DNA of 49,315 nt, filler included, from Jimgerdemannia flammicorona (lineage: Eukaryota), in NCBI GenBank assembly GCA_003990765.1. It is 2 parts of 2 records of this genome, joined end to end, with 100 filler letters (N's around TTAATTAATTAA, not from the genome) between each part and the next. Parts side by side here need not be neighbours in the genome. Positions count along the whole stretch, not along the records: positions 24,712 to 49,315 come from RBNJ01000953.1; 1 more part is not named here. One strand, written 5' to 3'. The stretch's first letter is position 1. Each line of letters opens with the position of its first letter. The notes beneath the pieces are model-generated. The model made no database searches, was not told the DNA's origin, and saw only the letters and a program-made list of their open reading frames with translations. The position numbers were made by a program, and so were the translations under genes. This document shows, piece after piece, positions 24,944 to 39,848 of this stretch.

Positions 24944-27900
24944 ACTTCCTTCTAAATAGGTAATTTATCTCTGAAATATTTTATTCACTCAAACTCTCAA
25001 GTCTCTATAAGTTATATCTCTTTGTACTATATAATTTGTATCATTATATTCTCTCAATAGTATTTCTTGATATATATATGAAGTCTTCTAAAATTACTTC
25101 TCAAAAATGAGCTAGAGCTGATTTATTATCTTGAAATAGCTTATGTACTTATTTAATAATAGTGATCTGAGTATAAGAGAGTTGACACTCTCTGATCTAG
25201 TCTTCTTTTCCTATTTCTGGCTATAAATTCAATAGTTATCCCAACTTAAAGTATATATTCTTGAAACTCAGTTCAGTTCTAGTAGGTCTTGAAATATAAG
25301 ATTCATAACAAGTATATCTATACTATACTTTAGATACTGTTAAATAATTCCTCTATTATAGATAACTTAGTAGTGTACTATTATCTTTCTATAACTCATT
25401 ATATAGTACTAATAATCTTGAGGGCTATAGTAGTATTTTGTTAATTAGCTATAGTACTTCTTAAGTCAGTTTAGTAAATAATAGTGAGGATAATTGTGCC
25501 TGAGAGTTTTTATAATCAAAAGGTAGTTTTTTTTATATTTTGTACAAGATAAGATTCTTTCTACTTAGGTTTCAGTTTTTATAACTATTAAACTTCTACT
25601 ATATTCTGATATATTAGAACTTTGTCTCCTATCTTAATAATCTCTAAGAGTTTATGAATCTTCTCTACATTGTTTTATTGTAGAATCTATATCTTAGTTA
25701 TATAATTCTTGATCTTTTTCCTAATTTAATATAGTCTCCATATCTCTATATCTATATATTTCTATATAGTATCTCTATTAGATAATAGGATTTCTTAAGA
25801 ACTTTCTTCTCTGAACAGTATTTCTTAAAAGGTAAAATGAGTGCTTTGTAATCTGATATTCTAGATAGTAGATAATACTATTAGCAAATAGTAATCTCAG
25901 TTTTCATAGTTATTATAGATCTTAGTAATAATATTTTTGAAGATCTTATTTATTCCTCTACTTATCTATTTCTCTAAGGGTGATAAGCTGTAGTCTGAAT
26001 ATACTAGATCTTGTACTTCTTATAGAGAACCTCAAAAAACTAGTTTATAAATTCTATTTCTTTATTGGTAGTTACTTATATTGAGATCTTGAATCAGTAG
26101 ATAAAAAAAATTAGCAATAACTATATATTGACTTTCTTACATAGTTTTGCTTCTATCTATTTTATAAAAAAGTCTATAATGATAATAATATATCAGTTAC
26201 CAGTCAAAGTCAAGAGTAGAGAGCTAATTATAACTATTACAATATGAGTAAATAGTACTAATTCTATATGTACTAATTCTAAGATCTGATTTTATTGATC
26301 TTGTTTCTATTTCTAATATTTGTTACAGATTTTGACAAATTATCTAATATCTTTCTCTATTTCTGGCTACTATATTATTCTTCTTACTTTATCATATATA
26401 TTTATTCCTTTCAGATAGCCAGGTTCATATACTAATTTTATTACTTATTTCTTCTTGTGTTCAGATATAATTAGTAATTTTTCTTCTTTTAATATTTCTT
26501 TATTAATTTTGAATTATTTTCATATTCTATTAATAATCATTTGTATTTATTTTTTTAAATACTGGAATATCTTTTACTGTCTCAGATAGATAATAATTCT
26601 ATAGTAGAGTTCCTTATTCATAGTTAATTTACTAGTTGGAGATCCTTTAGAATATCTATAAGAGAGTATCTATATTGGCATTAATTCTTCTAGAATAATG
26701 TATAATAGTTATATTATAGGCTTGCAACTTTATAATCTATCTGACATAGATTTTTTTGGATTGTCCTATGATTAGTAACTAAGTGAGAGCTGAATAATCT
26801 GTCTGGATAATGAAATATCTTTCTGTAAAATAGTAGTAGAACTTTTCTACAGCCCAGATAACTGTAAGGTACTCTAACTTATAGGATTCATATTTCTTTT
26901 TAGCTTCTCAGGTTTCTCAGCTGAGATATACAATAATATACTCTACTTTGTCTTTCTTCTAGACCAGAACTGTCCCTAGTCCTTATATACTTATATCTAT
27001 CTATAAGATGAATTTCTGAGACCAATCTGGTCTTCTGAGGATAGGTGCTTAGGTCAGTCTAATCTTGAACTTATTGAATACTTTCTGCTATCTATCTGCC
27101 TACTGAAACTTGATATTCTTCTTATTGAGATTATAGATTAGATCTGTGATATTGAAGAATTCTCTAATAAATCTATAATAATATAAGATAAACTCTATGA
27201 AGACTTAAGCTTCTATAATAGTAGTAGATCTTAAATATACTACTATTACTTGAATATTGAGAGAGTCTGTATATATTCTATCTTAGTTGATGATGTGGTC
27301 AAGATAGGAGATCTTAATTTCTGTAACTTAGACTTGATATATAGATCATACTTCCTTAGCTTCTCTATTATCTACTAGATATACTATAGATACTCCTCTA
27401 GCATCTTACTATAGATAATTACATCATCCATATAAACTATTATCTATCTTCTTATATCATAGTAGAAGATTTTATTCATTATTTACTAAAAACTTACTAG
27501 GATATTTTATATTCTGAATAGTATTTATAAATAAATATAAGTTATATCTAAGATAATGAAAACTAACTTCTCACTTGCTGCTTCTGTGAGGCTGATTTGG
27601 TAGAATCTTAAATATAAATCTAAAGTACTGTAATATTATACTTTATCTTCCAAGGTTACAAAGATATTACTAATGAGTAGTAGTAGTTGGTAATTCTTCT
27701 TAGTAATCAGATTGAGCTGTACAGAGTCTTAGGGTGAATTCTTCAGATTTGTTTCCTTTCTTTAAAACTAATATAACTAGTGAAGTCTAAGAACTACTGA
27801 CTTTTTTTTTTAATAATATTAGCTTCTTCTATTTATTTGATTTCTTCTCTAAGTCATTTGTAGTAAGCTAATGAAATGAGTCTTGCCTTCTGATAGATTG

Positions 27901-28951
27901 GTTCAGTGTCTCCTATATTTATATTATAATAGTAGTATGGTGTTTTTTTTTTTTTTTTTTTTTTTGATATTCTTGAAATCTATAGCAAGAATATTCTCAA
28001 ATTCATAGAGTATCTTCTTGAGCTCTTTCTTAAGTAAGAATTCATATCTGATAGTATAACTATGCTTACTCATAGTTTCCTCCTTCTTGTGATCCAGTTC
28101 AGTAATCTTAGTACTGATAAATACTTCTTTTCCAATAGATCTAAATCTTTTCCTTTCTCTTTCTATTTCCTTGACCTCTTGACTTCTATAATTTTTGACT
28201 ATAGGACTGAGAAGATCAATATCTGTACCAGCTAGTTCTTTTTCTTGATTGAAAATAGAATTGTGGGATTGTAATTCCTAGCAATAAGTAGTATTTCTTT
28301 AGTATAATCTGAATTAATGACTCTCTCTTTAATGGTGATTTTACTTTTAGCCAGACTGCTTCTTGTCTTGAGGATTCCAATATGGTCTTTTGGAATAGTT
28401 ATCTTTAGATCAGTTGTAAGTAGAATAGTTGTCTGGGGTTTTAGTAGAGTCTTCTTTACTATAGTAATATCTATTCCAACTACATTTTTTGACTTATATT
28501 CTAGTAGTACTATATTAGAGTAGATTATCTAAATCTTAATCTTAATTTCTTTTTCATCATTACTGTCCTCTAGAAGAGCTAGTGGTTCATCATTCTCTTT
28601 CTTCTTTTCTTCTTTCTTCTCTCTTGTTTGCTTCTTGAGAACCTTCTGTCTTCTTTTATAGTAGTTTTTTTAATTTTGTTGATATACTAATAGTATTTAT
28701 TGATATATCCATACTGTATATTCTGATCTATAGGGGCAGACTTCTTGTAATATATATTCTTTTTTTTTTTTTTTTTTTTTTTTTTTGCAAGTGCGGCACT
28801 GCTTTGAGATATTTATTCACAGCGGAACTCTAACCAAAATATATTACAGAGAGATGCACAGAACATGGAAAAGGCGAGGCAAGTATTCTATACAGTACAC
28901 ACGACTAGCTATAAAATCAGCATGAAGATTAGGATATGATACAATGAATGT

Positions 28952-29338
<387 letters not shown>

Positions 29339-31949
29339 CTAGTCTTTTTTACTCATTTATTTAACTTTTTTCTTTTTTTTTCTAAATAGTTACTATATAG
29401 CTTCTTCTTGCTTATTTTATCCTTTCTCTATTTTAGTTAGAACTTCTTTGTTAATATTGATAGAGATTTATATCTTCTGTCTACAGTAGATGATCTATAT
29501 CTTTTAGGTATTTAGATTGATTATTTCTCTAGTTTTATAAAGCCATTAATTGCTGATGAGAATGTTATAATTAGTTGTATTAGTTATGATTACATCTACT
29601 GAGATAGTTGCTTTTCTAAACTTAATAAGAATATCTTTGATTTTTCTTAGAGATATAGCTCTTGTACTATCTGCTATAATAAATACTAACTTGATTGCTT
29701 CTTTAACCTCTCATTTTAAATAGTTTACTGTCTTCTTACTGAGAAGACATTCTTTCACTCTAGTATTAATGATAGCTTCAAAGACTCTGTCTTTGATTTA
29801 ATATACTACATAGGTAGATATTTTGTAATTATCTTCACTCTCTTCTCTAGAGTTTTTTTTTTAAATATTATTAGCCTCAGTTATCTTCTAATCTTGATCC
29901 TTAGCTATCTCAGTGAGTCTGAATCTCATTTTTTATCTAAATATGGAAATTTATACTAGCTGACCAAAAGTTACATTGATCTTTTATTGGCTGAGATCCT
30001 TAAAGATATCATACTTGAAGATCTTAGTCTTATGAAGCTTCTTCTTCTTTTCTCTCTCACTGGCTGAAATAGTTCCTTAAATAATATCTTGAACAGCCTA
30101 TTCTAACTTTATATTTTGATATATTTCTTTAGCTTGACTCTCTATAGCAGTTTCTATCTGTTTTTCTACTAAGTTCTTCTTGAGTCTCTCTGGTAGCCTC
30201 TTGTAGAACTCCTTGCAAATATCTGTTTTAGTGATCTGAGTAAGATAAGCCTCTCATTCTTTGTTATTAGATTCTCTAATCTTCTTAAAGATAATAATAT
30301 TAATCTGTTCTTTATTTCAGATAGTATTGCTTGGCTGGGCCTTATGCTTAGTTTTACTTATATATTTATAAGAGTAGTAGTCTTTCTCTATATAGGTACA
30401 GCAGATATCTTTTTCTCTAATTTCTTTTATCATATCTCCTAAATAAGTAATCATATCAGTGAACTTTTTGGTAAGTTTCTATAATGAATCATTATATATA
30501 TCTATAAGTCTCTGGAAATTCTGATAGAAATTTTAATGAAAATTTCTATAGAAATTTCTATAAAATTTTAACTAATAGTCATAGTAACTCAAAGTAGTAT
30601 AACTATATATAGATATATCTAGTATGTATACTATATTTAGTTATAGCTTCAAATATATATAATTACTCTCTATATTAAGTATATTATAACTTTAGTTTTA
30701 CTTTCTCTAAATATAAGAATAAAGCAGTATTCTATTACAAAAAATTCTTAGATCTAACTTGTTAATAATTCTAAGTAATATCTAAACTCTACTATAAAAG
30801 ATAACTAGAACTCAGCACTTTCTTAAGAACTCAGAACTTAGAACTAATAGTTACTATTAATTATTTATAATATAATAATTTTATTAATATATAGTTTTAT
30901 TACGTTTCTCCATAGAGTCACTATTTCTCTATTATTCTATAGCTATTAGCTATAGTGTATTTCAACTAATTACTATAGTAGATATTATACTAGTTATCTT
31001 TGATACTTCAATTCTGACTCTAGTAACTCTTTTCATTATATAGTCTTATAGATATCTGGCTATCTAGTATTACTGAGTATAGGTGACCTTTATAATAGAT
31101 TTAGGACTATTAGTAATGAGCAGATGGGTATGACTATTTCTAGATAGATCTCTTTTATAAAGTTACTTTAGCTACTTGATCTTAGATAGTATCAGTATAA
31201 TTAGTAAAAATTATCTAATATCAGATTCTAGTATAGAATATATTTAGATCTTTACTTATTTCTTAATATGTTATATTGAGCTAATTCTTCAAAACTTGTT
31301 TAATATCATTAGTATAATATATAGTTCAGAGCCAGGTCGTTTATGCTGTTAGTATAATATTATTATTTGTTCTTATATAGATCATAACTGTAAATGCTAC
31401 TCTTGCTAGACCTTAGAGACTGAAGAGTATGAGAGTTATTTACTATCTTACTATTAGAGCCCTAATAGCAGTATATTATTCAAAATCATCAATGAAGGTA
31501 ATGATTGATTTATTTGAAGTATATATATCTATAAAATACTGATGGTCTTATATTTATCTTATCTGAATATCTTAGTTTGATTTATATAGTTATTTAGATA
31601 GTAGTAGTTATTCATATTTAGCTTAAAAGTGAGATATTTATCTTAAATTACTAGTTAATAGATACTAAGTTATAAATAGTAGATACCTAATCTCAGAAGT
31701 ATAGTAGATTTCTGTATCTTAGAAACTTGATCTTGTCCTGACTCTTATAGAGTTCTTAGAATATAGGAGTATAAGTTCAAAGTATATCTACTTACAGGCT
31801 TACTAGTTCTCTTACTTTTCTTTACTTTTGAACTATTTTGATCTAAAGTTTATTTACTCTAAATATTGGAAATATTTATATAAGTTTGCTAGCTATAAGG
31901 TAGCTAAGTTATAACTATATTTTCTGTAAGTTACTTTTTACAAATATAG

Positions 31950-32160
31950 ATTCTTGATATCTGTAAGATTTTAATAATTGTCAAAATTCAACAGCTGTTA
32001 AATCTTGACATTTATGAAATTCTAACATTTATTAAAGTTTCTATATTTGTGAAATGACTGCTATTTGTGAGGCTATACTATATTTAGAAATCAGATTCAA
32101 ATATCATAATCAAATATTTATTTTTCTGATTCATATTTTTAATTTAGATCAACTATTACA
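31950..32160 (-). repeat. Outer part of the 5' LTR (inner boundary not resolved)
   Basis: Begins TGTAATAGTTGATC on minus; aligns to 24749-24943 with almost only transition differences. Confidence 0.85.
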
Positions 32161-32500
32161 ATATATAATAATATGTATATTATAATATATATTTGAGAGA
32201 TATATTTGATTTTTTTTTTTTAATTTATACTTATAGATTATTCAAAGCTTATAGTATATATTTAGAGAATTATTAAATCTTATCTAGCTTTAAATTTTAT
32301 TAATAATAATATAATTTTTTTTATTATTATTAAAGATAAGAAAAATTAAATTTAAAATTCAAAATATAAAGCTTTAAAAAACCATAAGTTAGAGAAATAT
32401 CTAATATTTCTAATAAATTAAATTAATTTTTAATTTAAAAAACTAAACTTATAAAAAAAACTCTCTTTTTACAGATATAAATAATATCATATTTCTATTT

Positions 32501-33418
32501 ATGGATATTAATTTGGGAAAGGTAATGATAGATAACAATTTACAGTATACAAAAGATGTCACTGAAATGGCACATTTTGTTTATAAAACGCCTGTTTCTT
32601 GGACAACTTTTAACGACATCATGATGACCATGGGCGATAATAATGACTTTTACATCAACGATTTCGACCAGACCCTTATAATGCCAGATGCTACGCTCTC
32701 CCTTCTCGCTGACCCTGATATCTCAGAACCTTTTGGCAGCTTTGAAATCCCGCATCCTCGACACCACCTTGTCCTCACAGGCAATGGCGTAAAAATGCAG
32801 AGCAAGCGTCCAGTAGTCAAATGCCGGTACTGCCAATGTGACTCCATCCTTAACCTCGTTCGTTGGCATGATTTGCAGGAACAATTCCAACGCCATTGCT
32901 AGCAGCGTATGTCGCATGGTGTCCGACATCCTTTACATGCAACCAAAGGAATGGACCCCGCAGACCTCAGCTCTTCCTCCACGGCTGTCAACAGACAAAG
33001 TTACGTTGGCAATGCCCTTAATAACCAGTTCAGCAAGAAGACTAGAAGACGCCCACGCACCACCACCTGGCAGACTGTCGTGCGGTTACCCACTATCAGA
33101 CGGTCGTCATGAACCGCACCTTTGTACTTCCTCAGGCCATCCAAAAATCTCTCCTCTACCTTGCCAGGCACCATTTCTCTGGCGACACGCACCATATCCT
33201 CACCAACGTCGGTAAGATTTGGCGTTCATTTGTGGAGTCCAACAACACCCCTCATACTTGAACAGTATGCGGGAAAAGTGGGTCGGGGACCAACTGATCT
33301 CCGGGTCGCACTCACCGTGGTCGCCCAGTCTCTGAAAGGGGACACCAGTGTCTTCCATTTGAAACCTGATTGCTCAGACTTGGAAGGACGTGATCAGAAA
33401 GAACGACGACAGAAATAG
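32501..33418 (+). pseudogene. Disrupted coding-like sequence of unknown family
   Basis: Consecutive in-frame ORFs 32501-32902, 32909-33112 and 33122-33418 separated by single stops; the 5' end merges into the AT-rich TE flank. Confidence 0.3.
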
Positions 33419-35156
33419 AGCGAGAGGGAGAGCTGGAAGGAGCTGGGGATCTGAGATGAGATGTTAAGCACAGATGAAATGCAACTACCTGAGGCTGTGA
33501 GAGGGAACAAGAGGGTGGATGGATGGACTTGAGTAGATGTTTTGAAAAAGAATTGTGATCTAGGATGATGAGTAATATGCAATAAGCATTTGTATGGGAT
33601 ATTAAGAAGATTGATTCTTGTACTCTTCGTGAGATCTCATGCAGATGTATAACTGGAATCTTCACACCTTGTGTAATTATAGTTTTGCACTGAGAATAAT
33701 TCACCAAACAATATGGGCCGTAATCATGCACCGTACCTACGCACAACCCTTCTTCCGAAAGCATTTCGTTTAATTGAAAAGACGGTTATCTAAAAATGGC
33801 ACCCTTTCGCCCGTCGACCAAATATAAACAGATGCACAGTATTTAACCTCCATCCGATCGCACAAACCACATCATGCCCAATCTTCGATCACTACCATAC
33901 TCCCCCCCTACCCTAAGTGTCGTACCTGATGCCTCACCTTCCCCCATACGCAGCCTCCGTCCGTCCTGCGTCTACATTCCCCATATTCAAGTAGCGAAGC
34001 ACCCTGGGTTGCTTTCCATAGTGACGCCAGCTGTCGTGGGAGGCAGACGATTTTGAGAATGCGCGGGAGATCGGTGGCAGTAAGGCGGGACAATACAGGA
34101 CAAGAGAAAATAATGGATATGTTGCATAAATTCGAATCTGGTTGCGTCTGACTCGCCAGTGATACTAGCAGGTACAAGATGTCTGATAGTGATTTCGGGA
34201 ACACTTTACTTATAGTTTTCGTGTTGTCATGTGATCTGATACTGGACTAAGGGTCTCCCAAATTATGTCGTTGGTTCATGCATGGTACGACTGTGTGCAC
34301 TGACAAACTCTAGGTTGCAAAGCTCAAATATACCAGTCACCCGACGCCGAGCTTCGGACACACCTTGACACCTTGAGCATGTCTCGTGCGGGTATGTTCT
34401 GCGATGTCGCCAGCATCGGGAAGGTTGGGTTCGTAATTTTATAAATGGCGGGTTACAAACTTTTATTTTTTTAAAAGAACTTGGAAGCGGATCCTCTCAA
34501 GCATTTGAATGGTCGACACCAGCTGTGACAAATACAAGAAAAACTTGTCGATCGAGATAATTCATGCATTCTCTTTCTGGGAAAGTAGCTAAATACAAGC
34601 TCTAGATGATAGAGGATTGAGCAATTACATCTGAGGTAGAGGAGGTTCATTGTCGTATCAGCAAGATAAGTGGATACAGCGCGTCTTCCGGCCCATGCTT
34701 AACGCGGTTCCGTTTATCGCAAACCGTTTCTCCGTAATCACGGCCCCCGTGTTTGGTCTGAGCTTCCCGCATTACATAATTTCGCAACCAATTTCATGAC
34801 TCGCCAATGGTGAAATTACGGAAAGGTTGAAATTCACATGGCTCGGCTATGTTGCCAAGGTCCCGATTTTAGTTCACATGCCGATACCGTGTTTGGAAAT
34901 TTCGGTAAATTTTATGATATAACCCGATGCACGAGTAGATCAACAACTCGACCCCTCTATAAATCGACGGGAATGAAAACGCGAACTGCATCGAATAGCT
35001 TGTTGCGTGACGGAAAGCATCGAACTCTTGTCTTATTTAATCCACCATATTCAACTAGTCGCTCGTCACCAATCTTACACCCACCGCCCACTGCAACTCA
35101 TCAACCAAAAGCTCGTCCACCTCCTCCCTACCGACCCAAAACCCTCACACAACACC

Positions 35157-35630
35157 ATGTCCATCCTCGCCAAACATCTTCCCAGCTTTGCTTCCACCAC
35201 CTCAACCTCCTGGTTTGACCTGGACCACACCCTCGAGAGCCTCCTACCACGACTCTACGAACAGGAGATCACCCCCGCCGACCACGACACGCATACCCTC
35301 TCCTCTTCACCCTCCCACTCCGCCTGGTTTAACTTCGTCATCGCGTCCCATCCTTCCTCGTCTTTCCGCACGCCAGCCCCGGCCCCCGTTTTCGCACAGC
35401 AGGTCTTCTCGTCCTCGGACCTGGACGACTGCGACGCCGCGTACGCTCAGGCACTAATGGACTCCGATTTCGCGAAGTGGCTTGAGGAAGATAGCGACGC
35501 CGAGTCGAGCGACGAAGAAGTGCGCAAGGCGCCGCAGCCTGCTATGGTCGCGGCGTTGGGGAGATTGGCGATGCTGGCTGGGCATTTTTATGGAGGAAAC
35601 AGCGGGAAGGGGAAGTCGAGGGCATTGTGA
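35157..35630 (+). CDS. Hypothetical 157-aa protein (MSILAKHLPSF...GKGKSRAL)
   Basis: ATG in CACCATG context, strong C/G-ending codon bias, TATAAA near 34958 and a CA-rich leader; no family recognised. Confidence 0.6.
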   Translation: MSILAKHLPSFASTTSTSWFDLDHTLESLLPRLYEQEITPADHDTHTLSSSPSHSAWFNFVIASHPSSSFRTPAPAPVFAQQVFSSSDLDDCDAAYAQALMDSDFAKWLEEDSDAESSDEEVRKAPQPAMVAALGRLAMLAGHFYGGNSGKGKSRAL

Positions 35631-36668
35631 GTGAAGGAATAGATAACCGTAATGGACAGTCGCATTATCTGTTTTACGTAGACAACCAAGGCATTTGGGA
35701 CGATCTCCCTTGTACATTGTATATTATGCATGTGTTGACGCTTTAGAAGTTAGAGACTCCTAGATGGAGACATTTTCTTTGCATTAAAAAACACGTCGAG
35801 CATGAGCGCATTCATGTCTAATTTTCCACAAAATCCGCTTGAATAATTGGTAAGCGCAAGTGCAAGATAGCGCAAGTGCAAGATAGCGATCGGGTGGCGT
35901 TCGCGTTGGAATTTGTGGGAATTTAATTTTGAGTTGTAGCAAACTAAACTCGTTGATTTGTTAACACAATTTCCGTTGAGTATATATATACTACAAATGA
36001 CAACTAGGCAATTTTGATGGGCTCGGATTGCTGGCGTCAGCAAAATTCGTATTCGGCGTAATATCGTTCTAATATATCATTAAATTTGGAGGATGTGAAT
36101 TGAACCGACTGACAGACGGGTTACGTACCTGACCAAGGGTTCTTGAGTGCATAGGTAGACCTGATGCCGTTCGGAATTAGTATTTCCAGTATTCAATTTC
36201 ACCAGGAGGTCGGGTGTTGACAGGCGAGAACTTGGTTTTACGCGTGGTCAAACCAAAATTGAGGTGCCATCGGGCCGCCAGAGACGCTCGCCGCTTTTGA
36301 GCCTATCGAACAACGTTTATGTTAGCTAAGTATAACACATTTTAGTTGAACATTTTATTGCTGCATTTTTTGTCTAAATGGGTTAGCCACAATAAAGTTC
36401 CGTTTAGAATCCAATAACGCTTGGAGTCAAAAGGACCACATAGAGGTGATATAGGGGATATCAGACTTGAACGAAAACGAATTTTTGAAAAAGCAAACAA
36501 CGAAAAGAAAAAAAAAGAAAAAAAAAATGACAGACACAAAGTATATACATAAACTCTCCTGCAGACTGTGAAAATGGTTTGCTTAACTGATAAGCCTCGA
36601 AAATGGCCGCGTTTTGCGATTTTATAGCACTTTTATATTTACCGTTATTGGTTCCATCGTGTTGTCCA

Positions 36669-36729
<61 letters not shown>

Positions 36730-38722
36730 ATTTATTAATTTCCAATCAAATAATTCACAAGTCTAATACCGATGTTGTTGGGGGGGAAAAAAAGAGATAT
36801 GCTACACTATCCTCAATACGTTTAAACAGCATCTTATATGTTCACTATATATGTACAACATTTTTAAAGGATTGACACGACAATAATGGGATCGGTGAAT
36901 ATCACACTGGATAGCATGCCTCCTAGAAAACCGACTGTGCATATCAATTCTGAACCGACCCCGATAATTATCTGGGAAGAGCTAACAAGTTGCGCTAAGG
37001 GCGTGCGTGGTTTAAGCTCATGCAAAGCCCCGAATGTAATTTCGTCCCGAGCTTCTACCAAACTGACATCATTGGGGTTGGCTCATCTATAATCACAACC
37101 AAGTTGGCTCCCATAATCACAATCAAAACAACCTTCCTCATGATTAAAATATATTTCGTGCATCGTACAATCATCTTTGCATTGTGATGTATTTCTTTTC
37201 CTAAGTCGATTGTTTGCGTAAATAGGTTCCCCTTTACTGTTATCATCGTGACTGACCGCCACCTTGCTACCTCACCCCGCGGCTCCCTTACATTCAGCAG
37301 AAAGACAACAAGGACGTGCAGGAAATCAACAAATAGAGTTCGTCGATTGAGAGTCGTTGCAGAACAGGAGGAACGCCGTTGCCAAGATCATGAAGGTGGA
37401 TGACGCGACCGGGAATACGTTGAATATGTTTAGAATACCAACCTCGTAAGTACTTGTTTTTGCAGATGTCGCAAGATGCTATTCCGTCAGACTGAGAATA
37501 TATATATTTGACGGTGGGATCGAAGATTGCTTTGTGTATGTGTATTGCACAATTACTTCGATATCAAATCGCTTCTTCTGCCGCTGTGTTTGCGCTCTCC
37601 ATACGCAGAGAAACTCGCTAACATCGCCTGCAACCTTGGTCTCGCCAAAGCGCGTTCTGACCCGACTGCCGCGAAGAATGGTGAGCTCCAGAGGCTCAAT
37701 CGATCCATCTTCAGCGGTTGTTCGTGATACAGCGGAACGCCAACAGGAACGACAAACTATACGGCGGTACGAACACGAGACGTAGCAACGAATTGGCCAG
37801 GTGCAGAGATAGAACGAACGCGTCGTGTTCCATAGCGTGGAGCAATTACAATCAGACAGAGAACGCTACGCCAAGAACGTGGCGGTTTTGCCCGAGCTTG
37901 CCATGTAGTGCTCGCTATAAATGAGGAGTTGGAGCTGCAGAAGAGGGTGTATTTGTGAATGGAAGGATAGTAAATTTTCGTCACATTGAGGGGAAAAGAA
38001 ATAGAATACAGGTAGCAGAATCGTTGGTATCGACGCAGTTCAAGTACTTCATTTCCTTGCCTGTTTAAATTGTGGAATGAATATATAATACTTCAGATAT
38101 GCACTCGAGTCAAACCAACCGAAAATAATGGGGTTCTGGACGCCAGTTGTATTGTTTGTAATGCGTGTGATATTTCTAGGATTTTGTTAATCACCCTGTA
38201 TTCATGATAGGCTCTTAAGCATCGGCCTCTGAAAGCTAATTCTCACGCGCATGAAATTTTGTGTTTGCCGTTGTTGTGCTTGGCATGACCGAATTTGAAA
38301 AAGAAACATTCGCATAGTGTCAATAAGTTACTGAACATATGTATGCTCGCGGTATCTTACGTAGCATAATATTAAGTTGTTCACACCAACTTGTGGGGTT
38401 ATTGCCATTTTACGTTCGGTCGCCAACTTGTGCAATAGGGGATTACTTCCATTTTTGTGGGAAGGATGTCTGTTCCGGTATGTTTCGAAATATCTTTCTC
38501 GACCTGGTACGTACTGGAAGCCGCACAGGTGAGATTTATCGTTATTGTGTGCCATTGCGAAGTGGCAGTGACGCTATTTCTGGTTGGTGTCGGCATAAAT
38601 TCTGGAAACGTGAGCAATTCTGAATTTATTTAAAATAATTTACGCGATTCTACAAGGTTCGCCAACGAAAACAGCGAAAAGAAAGGGAGGAATACACACA
38701 TCGTGCTCTACAATCTACGATT

Positions 38723-39848
38723 CTAATAAGCCCGCAACTTGGACCAAGCCTTTCCGGGCAGCCGTGCCCGGTATTGGTTAGCGCACCCCTTATCCACTCC
38801 GTTGCTTCCGTCGCATGGGCCAATAATGTACATCGTCTTGCCATCCTTGCCCGCGAGCTCGAGGTTAGCCGGGGTCGGGAAATTGGTCTTGATGAACAGG
38901 AGCGGCTTGCCGTTGGGGGCAAACTTGTACACGCCGCCGCCGCCGTTCCTAGTCACATACAAGTTACCGTCAATATCGGTGCGGGAGCCATCGATGTCGA
39001 CACTGGCGGTGTTATCAAGCTTGGCGAAGTCGACGAAGACGCGTTTGTTAGTCAGTTTGGGCCCGGTTTTGGTCTTGGTAATGGTGAAGTGCCACAGGAT
39101 ATTGGAGACCGGCCCGAGCCCTGCGACATTAAAAGCTTCGGAGACGTAGAGAGTTTTATCGTCAGGGGAGACCTCGATGCCATTCGTGCGGCCGCCGATG
39201 AAGAGCGGGACGGCGGTGGCGTTAACATCGTTCTGGTGGCAGTGCCAGACACCGCCGTCGCCGATGACGGTTTGGTCGTTCCAGATCTGCTGAGAGATGA
39301 AGATATCTCCAGTGTCGGAGATAGCGCAATCATTGGCAAGGGTGAGATTTGGGTGCGTGCAAACAGTTTCCAGCTTTTGCACGCCGTTTTTAAAGATTGT
39401 AAGGCGGGAAATTCCTAGCTGTGTGTCTACCAGGAGGGCCTGACGTTCAACATTGGATGGCCTCGAGGGCGTTTTCAACCAGCGGATGCCTTTATAGAGC
39501 GCGATTTTGTTCGGGTTGGAGTAGACCAACTTTTGCTTGGGATAAATCTGGCCGATAGTGTAGCCGGTTGCGGCAGTTCCCCAGTCGACGGCATAGACGT
39601 TGCCGGCTTGGTCGATGGAGGCACCCTGTAGTCGGTGTACGGTGGTGAGGGTGTTGCTTAGAGGCTCGTAACTGAGGAGTGAAAGCGAAATACATTTGAC
39701 CTACCTCGATGCCAAGACCAAAATGGGAGGAGTTGGCGTTGATATACGGCTTGGCAATGACGACCGGTACTCCCGGCGCCTGAGCGTTGACGCTTAACAC
39801 TGCCAGAGAAGACAATGCGAGGAGAGCGTGGATAATCTTAGCGGCCAT
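38723..39848 (-). CDS. Secreted SMP-30/gluconolactonase/LRE-family six-bladed beta-propeller (348 aa, 2 exons)
   Basis: Exon 1 39848-39705 has the signal peptide MAAKIIHALLALSSLAVLSVNA. GT-AG intron 39704-39626, then exon 2 39625-38723 in frame. Motifs IEGASIDQAGNVY, LANDC, TNGIEVSPDDKTLYVSE, DGSRTDIDGNLYVT, PANLELAG. Confidence 0.92.

Noticed and set aside
36674..36726. Long poly(T) with adjacent minus-strand AATAAA as a second retrocopy tail
   Set aside because: No second copy of the left flank (GTTGTCCAAGTTC) was found as a TSD, and no recognisable gene or LINE body lies next to it.
36860..37990. Possible degraded minus-strand gene
   Set aside because: Multiple stops in all frames and no identifiable family.
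38739..39418. Long plus-strand ORFs (136 and 214 aa)
   Set aside because: Antisense shadows of the GC3-rich gluconolactonase gene.
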